Of a stretch of DNA of 32,000 bases, positions 1 to 11,200 are shown in pieces. The position numbers and the translations under genes were made by a program. Numbering within the stretch: the first letter of the stretch is position 1; every line of letters starts with the position of its first letter. Source of the stretch: Zygophlyctis sp. KS116 (lineage: Eukaryota; Fungi; Chytridiomycota); the NCBI GenBank assembly GCA_054661495.1, contig BAAFSQ010000001.1:105694-137693 (forward strand). Reading direction: 5' to 3'. The notes under the pieces are model-generated. The model saw only the letters and a program-made list of their open reading frames with translations. It had not been told where the DNA came from and did not search any database.

Positions 1-316
1 AACTCTTGCTTTATCAATCAAAATACGAGCATCAGCAGTTAGTCCTGCAGTAGCTAAACAAACATGTGAATCTAGTACAGCTATTTTCCGGACAGTTCTA
101 GGATCCTGCAACTTTAAAGCAGATTTCTTTTCAACTCCCAAAACAACAAATTCCTTTCCTTTCACACCAACCTAAAATTTAAAGCCATAGTCTTACAGCA
201 CACGCACCCTTTCTAACTGCTTCCAGGGCCTATTGTTATGGTATTTAAATTACATATTCTACCTGAAACAGGTGTCCGTCTGGAGAGAAAACTGTAAGTG
301 CACGATCGTAACTCAT
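1..316 (-). CDS. PRE6: 20S proteasome alpha-4 subunit (PRE6/PSMA7), 5' part; runs off window start
   Basis: Spliced translation [21 protein letters not shown]|[11 protein letters not shown]|[30 protein letters not shown] matches the alpha-subunit signature. Introns 230-253 (24 nt) and 172-196 (25 nt). Confidence 0.93.
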
Positions 317-429
317 TTTTTGACCTTTTTCAGCCTCGCCCTACTTTACAGCGACTGATTGTTGGAAATTCAATCTAAATACTCTAAATTCATAATTATT
401 AAAAGTCATGGAATCTATTCTATTGACGA

Positions 430-846
430 CTATTGAGGACATAGTTTTCTCTTGATTAATTCCATTTGCCCCTCCAGATCCAATCTCTCCTTGACATCAA
501 TCTCGTCTGGATTATATCTATCGCTCATGATACTATAGTCACCGCTAAGCGCAACCATAACTTTTCCTTTTCCAAAGTTGTACTTGACGCCAAATTCATC
601 AATTCTTTTCATTTTACTAGCCAATTTCTCATTACTTTTATCAGTTGGGCCTAGTTCCAAGAATCTCTTGTAGTCTTCAACTGATAGAGAAAACCCATAC
701 GCAGCATTAGCTAAAAATCCCCTGACAATGTCTGTTGCATAGATTGCAAGATTGTTTTCTTTAAGGGAATCATCATCCATAAGTTTATTATTGTTAAACT
801 CTTCTGCGATTCCATATATAAGATGGGGACTGTACGAATTGTACAT
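430..846 (-). CDS. Hypothetical protein, 138 aa, intronless
   Basis: Uninterrupted ATG-TAG ORF with AAAAAATG start context that fills the gap between PRE6 and PMT. No recognised family. Confidence 0.65.
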   Translation of the reverse strand: MYNSYSPHLIYGIAEEFNNNKLMDDDSLKENNLAIYATDIVRGFLANAAYGFSLSVEDYKRFLELGPTDKSNEKLASKMKRIDEFGVKYNFGKGKVMVALSGDYSIMSDRYNPDEIDVKERLDLEGQMELIKRKLCPQ

Positions 847-978
847 TTTTTCAACTGATCTGTCCTAGAACTTGACTTTTGATTGTGTGAAATCCTTGGG
901 GTTGCCTAGTGCTAGTGTGGATCAGAGCATAATAGAATTGTCACGAAAAATAGTAAAATTGCGCGTTTTAGGTTGAAA

Positions 979-3270
979 ATGCAAACGCTCCGTCGCAGAG
1001 TTCCTTCTCAACAAGACAAGGAGGATACACCACTCCAACAAGGACAAGAGAAAGAAAAGATCAAACCAGAATTTTCTCTTCCTAAATACAGCACTCTAAT
1101 AGGAATAGTATTTTTGTTTTTGGCTCTATTTACAAGACTCTACAAGATAAACGAAGCAGAGTTTGTGGTTTGGGATGAAGCTCATTTTGGTAAATTCGCT
1201 TCTCACTACCTAAAGAGGAAATTTTATCACGATGTACATCCGCCGCTGGGGAAAATGTTGAATGGACTGGCTGGGTGGGTAGGAGGATATAATGGTGATT
1301 TTAAATTTAGCTCTGGTTCGCCATACACAAAAGACGTTAATTTCAATTTTATGAGAATTTTTAATGGGATTTCTGGTGCTCTAATCGTGCCTTTGGCATA
1401 TTTTACTGGTTTAAATTTAAAATTATCACATGGAGCTTCCATTTTACTAGGAATAATGGTTTTATGTGATTCTGCTCTGACTACTATTAGTAGATTTATT
1501 CTTTTAGATGCTTATTTAATGCTTTTTACGGTTCTAAGTGCTTATGCTTTTGTGGTTTATCGGAGATTACAACAAGAAGAGTATGATTTTTTAAAAATTT
1601 AAAAGTTAATTAGGCCTTTTTCTTATAAATGGTTAAAGTGGATTACTTATACAGGACTTTCATTAGGGGCTGTGGCAAGTGTAAAGTGGGTTGGGCTTTT
1701 TGTGATTGCTTTGGTTGGGATTCATACAATTCAGGAATTATGGGATATGTTTGGGGATTTAAAATTGGAACCAAAGACTTATGCAAAACATTGGGGATTT
1801 AGGATTTTATGTCTGATTATTGTTCCAGTTCTCGTTTATATGTGGTCTTTTAAGATTCATTTTTCAATTTTGAATATGTCTGGAGATGGAGATGCTAATA
1901 TGAGTTCACTATTTCAGGCAAATTTAGAAGGGAATGATGTCTCAAAATATCCTCTTGGTATAATTTTGTATTTTTACAGTTTAGAAATTGCTTATGGGTC
2001 TAAAGTAACTATCAAAAATTATGCAAGAGGTGGGGCTTTGTTGCATTCACATGTTCAAAAGTTTCCTGAAGGATCGGGGCAACAGCAAGTTACGCTTTAT
2101 CATCATAAAGACTCCAACAATGATTGGATAATTGATTATCCTTGGGGGGTGAATAAGAATTATTCTACGGATGAAATTGAATTTTTGAAACATGGGGATT
2201 TAATCCGATTGCGTCATCATTCAACTGGTAAGAATCTTCATGCTCACAAGATTCCTGCTCCATTGACTACGGATGAGTATGAAGTCAGTGGTTATGGGAA
2301 TACGACTGTTGGAGACGAGTCTGATATTTGGAGAATAGAATGGGATCATGTAGGTTCAAATTTTTGATATTGTAGAATGCTGATCGTAGTACTGACAATG
2401 GTTTCAGGTTATTATATACGAGATTTAGATTGCGCCATCTGGTTTTGGGATGTTTATTAACAACTCACAAAAAAACTCTTCCCGCCTGGGGATTTTCTCA
2501 ACAGGAAGTTTTCTGTGAGAAACCAACAGGCGATCCAGTAACTCGTTCTAATTTATGGAATGTCGAAGCACATTGGAATGACAGACTCCCTGCTGCTGGA
2601 GAGAAGGCTTTCAAGTCCAACTTTTTGGATGATTTTATTGATGTGAATATAGCTATGTGGACTACTAATAATGCTTTAGTTCCAGACGAGGAAAAAAAGG
2701 ACAACTTAGCTTCTGCGCCTTATCAATGGCCTTTTGTATCAGTTGGATTACGAATGTGCTCATGGGCTGACGGGAATTTGAAATTTTTCCTCATTGGGAC
2801 CCCCATCATATGGTGGAGCGCTACAGCGAGTATCATAGCGATGATGCTAATTGTGCTTATATATTCGATCAGATATCGAAGAGGAAATGTTGATTTTTTG
2901 ACTCCTGGTAGGTTCAAAACTTGAATAACCAAAATTAGAATCTTCCAATGATTTCTATTTTGCTGCCAAGGTTGGTGTCTTGGGGTGGTTCCTTGAATAT
3001 ATCCCATTCTGGATTATGGGAAGAGTTACCTATCTTCACCATTATTTCCCAGCACTATACTTTTCGATGATATGTTTAGCTGTTACTTTGGACCACATTA
3101 CTACACGGTTTATTCCAAAGTACAAGTATTTGATCCTTCTAACCTTTGGAATTGCTGTGATTGCTAATTTCATATTTTTCATTGACTTCTCGTTTGGTAT
3201 GAAGGGACCTGCTTCTGAGTACGCTTCTCGTCGCTGGCTTAAAGCTTGGAAAATTTATGGCAATGAATAG
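979..3270 (+). CDS. PMT2: Dolichyl-phosphate-mannose:protein O-mannosyltransferase (PMT2/POMT2 subfamily)
   Basis: Motifs VVWDEAHFGKFASHYL, DVHPPLGKML, MIR repeats (LLHSH, LHAH) and GRVTYLHHYFPALYF. Introns 1581-1613, 1958-1984, 2350-2375 and 2908-2938 join the ORF fragments in frame. Confidence 0.93.
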
Positions 3271-3476
3271 ATTTAATATCTCCTTTTATTTTCTGTTACA
3301 CTCAGACTAAATGAGCTAGCTCCTCAAGGAAGTAAATTATCTACAACAATTATGTCATCAAACAACGGGTGAATCCCTTCCTTGGTCAATAATCCTCATG
3401 ACCATAATCACAATCGGCTGTGGGTGATCATTAGTTTCCTGGTAATAAAAACAATCAGCTTACTCTAACATATCGA

Positions 3477-5177
3477 TTAGTTTTCATCAGATATTTTTTT
3501 CAGATAATCTTCTAATGAGCTAACAGGAAGCAATCTTTTGTTTTTTACAGTATAAAATTGACAATTCAAGGATCGTAGGAAGTAGCTATGATGTGAAATA
3601 ACAACAAAAGCCCCTTTGAAAGCTTTCAGAGCTTCTATTAAGGTCTCGGTCATTTCCATGTCTAAATGACTAGTTGGCTCATCTAAAAGTAGCAAGTGAG
3701 GATGCTGAAACATAAGCATTGCAAGAACAAAACGAGTTCTCTGGCCACCAGATAAAACCCGTAGTTTAGTTAACGCCCTATTTCCACTCACACCAAAAGA
3801 TCCAAGATAATCCCTTGCAGTTTGAACCTTTAGTTGATCAGGAAACATATCCATTAGCAGTTCCACGGGAGTCTTAGAAAGATCAATGTCCTGGACCAAA
3901 TGCTGTGTGAATACTGCAGTTCTTAAATTATGATGACAAATAATCCTTCCTGATTGGGGAGTTTCCAGGCCGGCAATGCAACGTAAAAGAGTAGACTTTC
4001 CCAGACCATTTCTTCCAAGAATAGCAATACGACTGTTTCTTTCAATTGATAGATCCACATTTTCCCATAGAGGCTTTGCATTGGTGTTATATGAAAACCC
4101 AATACTTTTAAGCTGAATCAGTGGATCAGAAACTGAATAGTCTGGTTCAGGTAATCGTAACACAAGTTGCCGATCATCTTCTCCTTCGTCTCCAACCAGC
4201 AAAGTATCTGCTCCCCAGACCCAAGCTGTATCTACTAAATTCTTTTTGGACATTTTTGCAATCTTTGGAGAGTTTAAGTCCTGTAATTTTTTTGTAGAAC
4301 CACTAGCACGAGCCTGTTTTCGTTTCTTTTCCGTATTTGCCTGTTCATTCAACTTATCTTGCCTATTCTTTTTAAAAGCACTATAATTTCCAGGATAGTA
4401 TCTTAATTCTTTTTGTGTCAAATGTATAATACATTCAGCCAACTGATCAAGAAAATCATGATCATGAGAAACAAGAATAATTGTACATTCCAATCCTTTT
4501 AAATACTTTATCAACCATTGAATACTTTCCAAATCCAAATGATTTGTCGGCTCGTCCATCAATAACAAATCTGGCTTAGCAAACACTGCACACGCCAACA
4601 AAGCCTTCATTCTCCATCCTCCACTCAACTCTTTGAAAGGCCGATTCATCATTTCCCTTGTAAATTTCAAATCTGAAAGAATGCGTGTTGCTCTCCTTTC
4701 CATTTCCGATTCTTCAAAAAGATTATCTAAATCTTGATAGAGCAATCCCAATTTCTGTATACTAGAATTTTCTACATTACCATCCTGCTCCTGGCCTTCA
4801 ATATTCTCAATTTGCTTTAGTAGATCTTGATGATCGGGATCACTGTTTTTTACTAAATTCAATGGAGAATCCTCAACTTCTTCATATTCTTGCTGTACCA
4901 AAAATGTGCGAATTGAAGTCCATTGTGGAATCATATTATTAGCCATGCATCGTAATAGTGTCGTTTTACCGATTCCATTTCTTCCTACTAATGCATAAGT
5001 TGTTCCCCAAGAAAGCCTGATGAGAGCATCCTTTAGAATAGTAAGTGATCCAAATGATAACGAGATTCCATGAAGGGAAATATCTTTTGAACCAATCGAT
5101 CGCTGGTTATCGGATGCAAATCTCTCATGCGTTGATCTTACTTGGGAGAGATTCTGTAGATCTTGTAAAGAATACAT
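3477..5177 (-). CDS. ABCF-family (GCN20/ABCF3-like) soluble twin-ATPase
   Basis: Two NBDs (GRNGIGKT / LSGGW / DEPTNHLD and GRNGLGKS / LSGGQ / DEPTSHLD) and no TM domain. Start placed at ATG 5177 because the longer ORF runs antisense over the ProRS gene. Confidence 0.85.
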   Translation of the reverse strand: MYSLQDLQNLSQVRSTHERFASDNQRSIGSKDISLHGISLSFGSLTILKDALIRLSWGTTYALVGRNGIGKTTLLRCMANNMIPQWTSIRTFLVQQEYEEVEDSPLNLVKNSDPDHQDLLKQIENIEGQEQDGNVENSSIQKLGLLYQDLDNLFEESEMERRATRILSDLKFTREMMNRPFKELSGGWRMKALLACAVFAKPDLLLMDEPTNHLDLESIQWLIKYLKGLECTIILVSHDHDFLDQLAECIIHLTQKELRYYPGNYSAFKKNRQDKLNEQANTEKKRKQARASGSTKKLQDLNSPKIAKMSKKNLVDTAWVWGADTLLVGDEGEDDRQLVLRLPEPDYSVSDPLIQLKSIGFSYNTNAKPLWENVDLSIERNSRIAILGRNGLGKSTLLRCIAGLETPQSGRIICHHNLRTAVFTQHLVQDIDLSKTPVELLMDMFPDQLKVQTARDYLGSFGVSGNRALTKLRVLSGGQRTRFVLAMLMFQHPHLLLLDEPTSHLDMEMTETLIEALKAFKGAFVVISHHSYFLRSLNCQFYTVKNKRLLPVSSLEDYLKKISDEN

Positions 5178-5226
5178 TTCAATTGAGAAAAAGGTGCCAC
5201 AATAGGGTAAAACATTTGCACACTCA

Positions 5227-6902
5227 ATGCTCATCAAATGCTCGCAGATCTTGATGCCAACACTTAAAACCGCTCCAGGAAAAGGAGGACATAATCTACT
5301 ATTAAGAGGAGGATTTATTAGACAGGTACAAGTTGCATTATAATTGCAAGTCAAGCGCTGGAATATATTCTTTCTTGCCACTGGGACTCTTGGTTCTTGA
5401 AAGACTACAGAATATGATTGATAAGGAGATGAATTCTATAGGTGCTCACAAGGTTAAATTGCCACATCTGTTATCGTCGGATGCATGGAAGATCACTGGA
5501 CGTTGGGGGTCTAACGAAATGTACAAGTTTGAGGACAGAAAAGGCTCACAATATTGTCTCGGACCAACGCATGAAGAAGAAATTACACAGGTGGCTGCTG
5601 ATCTGGTTTCATCTTACAAAGATTTGCCTCTTTACTTGTATCAGATTGGGACAAAGTTTCGAGATGAAAAAAGACCAAGAGGTGGATTGTTAAGAGGAAA
5701 GGAATTTACAATGAAGGATTTATATACGTTTGATATTGATGATGCAGCAGCTTTACAAACATATGAGAAAGTTCGTGATGCATACAAGAGGTTTTTTAAT
5801 TCTCTTGGTTTACTATATAAAGAAGCAATGGCAGATTCAGGAAATATTGGAGGTGATAAATCTCATGAATATCATTTATTATCTCCAGGTAACTTATAAA
5901 TTTCTAAGAGTAGTGGGTGAGGATACTATTTTACATTGTCCAGAATGTAATTATAGCTCGAATATGGAACGTGCTCAATCTCTTATAGATCCAAGTTTGC
6001 ATAAAAGAACTCTGGAGAAATTAGATTCTTCAATATTCGATGAAAAATTTAAAGAAATATCTAATCTTTTTTCTTCAAACGTTTCGATAAAAATGGGGAT
6101 AGTAAAGGAAAATGGTCATAATACACTTTTGGGAATGGTTACTCCAAAAGGTTGGGAGATTAATCCAATAAAAGTGTCAAAGCTTATTTCAAAAAATGGG
6201 TATCTTAATATTTTGGCGGAAAATGAAGATTTAAAGGGAGTTAAAGTTGATGATGTGCAGCTTTTAGTGGATTCTCAGGTCCAATATTTAAAAAATTTGA
6301 ATTTTTCTCCAGCTATAAATCTTATAACTGCAGATATAATTCTTTCTAAAGATGGTGATTTTTGTAAAAGCTGTTATTCACAATCAAAGACTTCAGTATT
6401 AAAAGCATCAGCAGCTATAGAAGTTGGACACGCATTTTTCCTCGGAGAAAAGTATTCTTTGCCACTCAAGTCAACTTTTAAAACTCAAAAGGGTACAGAT
6501 AGTGTCCCATCTATGGGTTGCTTTGGACTCGGAGTATCAAGACTTATAGGTGCAATAGCAGAGATTTCTCGTGATAAAGATGGCATTATATGGCCTGCTT
6601 GTATTGCTCCAGCAGATATTTGCATAATAGTCTCACCTTCAAAGGATCCAGAGGAAAATTTAAAACTAAATAGTACATGCGATATTTTAATCTCAAAAAT
6701 TGATAACAAATACGACAGAATAGTATTGGATGATCGAAATCATTCATTCCCCCACAAGTTAAAGGATGCTCTATTAATCGGATATCCAAAGACGATTGTT
6801 ATTGGAAAATCATTTTTGCGTTCAGGACAACTTGAAGTATTTAACAGACATGATCCTAAAGTGCCTTCTTTGATATCATTAGAGGAATTTTCGATTATTT
6901 AG
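5227..6902 (+). CDS. Bacterial-type (probably mitochondrial) prolyl-tRNA synthetase
   Basis: MLIKCSQILMPTLK...GFIRQ|SSAGIYSFLPLG, LGPTHEEEIT, KFRDEKRPRGGLLRGKEFTMKDLY, IEVGHAFFLG, MGCFGLGVSR. Introns 5326-5350 and 5889-5913, 25 nt each. Confidence 0.92.
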
Positions 6903-6953
6903 TTATTTTTGGAAAGAAAACGTCATCAAGTGGGAAAACAGTAAACAATCAAG

Positions 6954-8213
6954 ATGAAAGATAAAGAACAGAAACATTATAATAAAGCTAAAAAGGGGTA
7001 TAGTAGCTCCTCTAATTCTAAATGTTCAAGTCCATGTCAGAGGCGATCATCAATAACTACCACTTCGTCTGCCAAATCATCACAGTTGAGGCAATCTGCT
7101 GGTCAGAGGGATATTGCTTTAATGGAAATAGAAATCATTATTCAGACACTAATGGGCAAAAACATTACTCAAAGAGTCACAAATAGCACTTCAATCAAGC
7201 AAATCAAGACAAGGATCAGTGAGTCCGAAGGCATTGCTATTGACAGCCAGATACTCGTGTTTAAAGATAAACAGCTCTCTGATATTGATACAGTTAAATC
7301 TTTAGGAATTGTAGCTGGAAGTACTATAAAACTTGTAGTAACAATGTCTGGTGGTCCTGGATTGTATGTTAAGAAAACCAAGGCAGATGATCCTATTCTT
7401 TTACTATTATGCCGACAGAATGAAGAATTATACATGTTAGAATTTCATATGGGAGATGATAAGCCAAAACCAATTCTTCTAAAAGGACCTTCAGGAATAT
7501 CTCTAGAAGGTTTGATTGGAGAATCATCATCACCTGAAGATATTGAAGAAGTTATTGAAGGATCTGAAGAAGATGATGGCTATCTTTCAGATTCTCTCAA
7601 ATCAACCTCTACATTCTCTACATCTACTGTATTTTCAATTTTTTCAAATGGCTCATCTAAAATCATATCCCGCCCAAGTAGTTCTAATTCGTTATCAAGT
7701 GCATCATCCAGTCTTTTAGAGGAATTTTTATCTGCAGCTACAAACTCTTCATCTCTACCATTACAATACGGACGCCCAGCAACTGCTATATCGATAATGC
7801 GTCTACCGATATCTAGCCCTTTAATTATTCTTCCAAAAAGCAGGCCAGCTTCAGCAATAGTCACAACGTTTGTAAAACCAGACACAAAAGGATCGATAGA
7901 TTCTGTTCAAGTCAAAGACCCGCAAAAAAACGAAAATTTGGAACCTGGTAAAGTTGTTGAACAAATCACACCCCAAGATTTTACCTGTCCAGAAAAAATC
8001 AAGGAATTTATTTCAGAAACACATCATGCATCTTGTTCATTATGCAAAAAGAAGCATTCATTCTCATTTAAATGCAAATGTGGAAAAATATTTTGTTCCC
8101 TTCATAGATACTCTGACCGACATTCTTGTACTTTTGACTATGCAGAACAACATAAAAAGACACTCAGATCACAATTACCACTTGTCAATGGAGAAAAAGT
8201 AATAAATCTCTAA
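6954..8213 (+). CDS. Ubiquitin-like + AN1 zinc finger protein (ZFAND4/ANUBL1-like)
   Basis: UBL domain MEIEIIIQTLMGK...IKLVVTMSGG, a Ser-rich linker, and a C-terminal AN1 finger CSLC...CKCGKIFCSLHRYSDRHSCTFDY. The true start may be the Met at about 7122. Confidence 0.82.
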   Translation: MKDKEQKHYNKAKKGYSSSSNSKCSSPCQRRSSITTTSSAKSSQLRQSAGQRDIALMEIEIIIQTLMGKNITQRVTNSTSIKQIKTRISESEGIAIDSQILVFKDKQLSDIDTVKSLGIVAGSTIKLVVTMSGGPGLYVKKTKADDPILLLLCRQNEELYMLEFHMGDDKPKPILLKGPSGISLEGLIGESSSPEDIEEVIEGSEEDDGYLSDSLKSTSTFSTSTVFSIFSNGSSKIISRPSSSNSLSSASSSLLEEFLSAATNSSSLPLQYGRPATAISIMRLPISSPLIILPKSRPASAIVTTFVKPDTKGSIDSVQVKDPQKNENLEPGKVVEQITPQDFTCPEKIKEFISETHHASCSLCKKKHSFSFKCKCGKIFCSLHRYSDRHSCTFDYAEQHKKTLRSQLPLVNGEKVINL

Positions 8214-8289
8214 ATTGAGTTTGGGACTTGCTGCGGACCTCGTCACACCAAAGGCGTTGCGAGGATAAATTTTTTTGTTTGAAATTCAA

Positions 8290-11200
8290 ATGTCAAACTC
8301 CCCACTGACCCCAAGTGAGTCTCGGAAAGCTAGCAAGAGAGCCCAGAAGTTGAAATCTGTTGAAAATGTAAGTTTTTGAGGTTTAAGATTAGTCTGAGGA
8401 AGATGAGTTGGAGTCTTCATCGGAAGAGAATGAAGGTTCTATACAACCAAAAGAAGCTGTCATGATTCCTATGGGAGAATATACTGTTGATAAATTTCTA
8501 CTTTGGAGAATTACAGACGGAAAGGAAGAGATCTTGGTCAAATACAAATATATGGGATATATTCATGCGGAATGGTTATCTCGAGAAGAATTAGAAACTA
8601 GAGATAGGGGACTGAAATCTAGAATGAAGAGATTTTTAGAGAAAAATCCTTGGGATTTGCAATGGTCCGAAGATGATCCATTTAATCCAGATTACTGCAA
8701 GGTATGAATCTAATCTAGAATTTTATGGTGAATAGCTCAATATTCTTTTCATAATCATGATTATCAAAGAATTAACTCTCAGTTAGTTGTTAGATTCATG
8801 GTTATGGTCAGGTTTTGCTTTCATTCCGCTCAACTTTCTAACATGAATAGATTGATCGAATAATTGATGAAGGTGAAATGGAAGATGGAAAAATATACTA
8901 TCTTGTAAAATGGTGCGCACAGACATATGATTTATGTACTTGGGAATCTGATGAGACTGTAGAAAAGGTAAGAGGTTTTAAGTCTTATTTTAGATTCAAT
9001 CCGATAAAATTGAAGAATTTCATAATAGGAGACTACTATATGAAGAAAAAAGTAACTCTTATGCCATGGAAATTGTTAGGCCTAAAAAAGGCTGGAAAAA
9101 ATATGAAGAATCTCCTATTTATAAAAATGAAAATTCATTGCGTTCTTATCAATTGGAAGGTTTAAATTGGCTAAACTATTGTTGGTATAATAAGCAAAAT
9201 TCTATTCTTGCAGATGAAATGGGACTAGGAAAAACTGTCCAATCTGTAGTGTTTTTGGAGCATTTATTTGCTAAAGAAAATGTCACTGGTCCTTTTCTCA
9301 TTGTGACACCCCTTTCTACTATTGGAAATTGGGAAAGAGAAATCACCAATTGGACTGATATGAATGTTGTGGTGTATCATGGCAGGGATTTTGCTAGGAA
9401 TTTAATATATGAGACTGAATTCTACTACAGGGATGAAACTGGCACACCAATTCCTAAAACCTATAAATTTGATATAATTTTGACTACTTATGAAATGGCT
9501 ATGGCCGGCTCTGGTCATTTGCGCCCAGTTGATTGGACGTGTGTTATTGTAGATGAGGCACATCGACTAAAGAACAAATCATCCAAAGTTTCAGAGCTGC
9601 TTAAAACTTTCAAGATGCAGCATAGGGTTTTATTGACTGGCACTCCACTTCAAAACTCTTTGGATGAATTATGGGCACTTTTGAACTTTTTAGAACCAGA
9701 CCAATTCAATTCGGAGAGAGATTTTAAGGAAAATTTCGGATCTCTAAGCACTGCTGCTGATGTTGAAAAACTCCAAACACTGTTAAAGCCTTTGATGCTA
9801 CGGAGATTAAAAGAGGATGTAGAAAAGTCTATACCAGTGAAAGAAGAAACTATTGTGGAAGTCGAGCTGACCAATATTCAAAAGAAATACTATAGGTCAA
9901 TTCTAGAAAAGAATTTCTCATGGTTGAAGCAAGGCGCAACTCGTGGCAATGTACCTAATTTGATAAATGCAATGATTGAACTGCGAAAATGCTGCATTCA
10001 CCCTTTTTTAATCAGGGGAGCTGAGGAACAAATAATGGAAGAGTATGGTGCTTCAAATCCTAGCCAACAATATGAAGCTCTTATTCAAGCCTCTGGTAAA
10101 ATGGTGCTTATCGATAAATTGCTCAAAAAGCTTAAAGATGGTGGGCATAAGGTTCTGATTTTCTCTCAGATGACAAAGTGTCTGGATTTAATACAGGATT
10201 ATTTACGAGGACGTGGATGGGGATATGAGAGAATCGACGGAGGCGTTCGTGGAGAGTTACGCCAAGCCGCCATTGACAGATTTTCTTCTCCTGAATCTAC
10301 CAGTTTCGTATTTTTACTTTGCACTAGAGCTGGTGGTGTAGGAATAAATTTAACAGCCGCTGATACTTGTATTATCTTTGATAGTGATTGGAATCCTCAG
10401 AATGATCTTCAAGCTCAAAGTAGGTGTCATAGAATTGGTCAAAAAAAGGCAGTTCAAATATACAGGCTCGTTATGCGTGGAACATACGAGCGGGAAATGT
10501 TTGATAGAGCTAGTATGAAATTAGGATTAGACAAGGCAGTTCTTCAGAGGATGGATGCTGGTGGATTGGAAACATATGATCGGGCACGTCCGCCTTCATC
10601 TCTTTCTAAAACAGAAATAGAAGGACTACTTAAAAAAGGCGCATACGGAGCATTTATGGATGATGAGGCTAGCAAACAATTTTGTGAAGAGGACATTGAT
10701 CAAATTTTGATGCGTCGAACCCAAGTTATTCGACATGATGCATCTGAAAGTCAAAAAGGGTCAACTTTCTCCAAGGCCTCTTTCACTTCAGCAAATGCAA
10801 CTGATGTGGATATAAATGATCCAGATTTTTGGGATAAAGTTCGAGAAGAGGCCAAATTAGAAGTTGTGGAACCATTGGGTCCAAATGATCATTTAATCAT
10901 TGACGCCCCACGTCAAAGAAGATCCGCAAATCGATTCAATGGCCTTGATGATGATGATGCAGCTTCAGGGGGATATGGTGATGGAGATGATATATGGAAG
11001 CAGCCAAATGCACCACTCTCTAAATCTGATAGTCCAAGAACTTGGGCGATTGTGGAGAGGGGACGACTGGAAAGACATCTAATGTCTTTTGGATTTGACA
11101 ATTTTGAAGCAGGCTTGGAAAAATTCGGCCGCCGTTCGCTACAAGATCTTAAAGCTTGTGGGCGATATTTGCTTATCTATGCCATGCAAAAATGCCAAAC

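Noticed and set aside
901-913. RFX X-box-like GTTGCCTAG
   Set aside because: Only a half-site, not next to a ciliary gene. No convincing X-box was seen upstream of IFT88 either.
3290-3476. U3 or U1 snRNA identity for the structured gap
   Set aside because: It lacks U3 box A/A' and the U1 5' ACTTACCTG. Kept only as a generic ncRNA candidate.
5178-5381. 68-aa N-terminal extension of the ABCF ORF
   Set aside because: It lies antisense to the well-supported ProRS exon 1 and intron and has no ABCF similarity, so it is probably a shadow frame.
8702-8850. TPP riboswitch in the long intron
   Set aside because: The conserved CTGAGA core is absent and the host gene is unrelated to thiamine.
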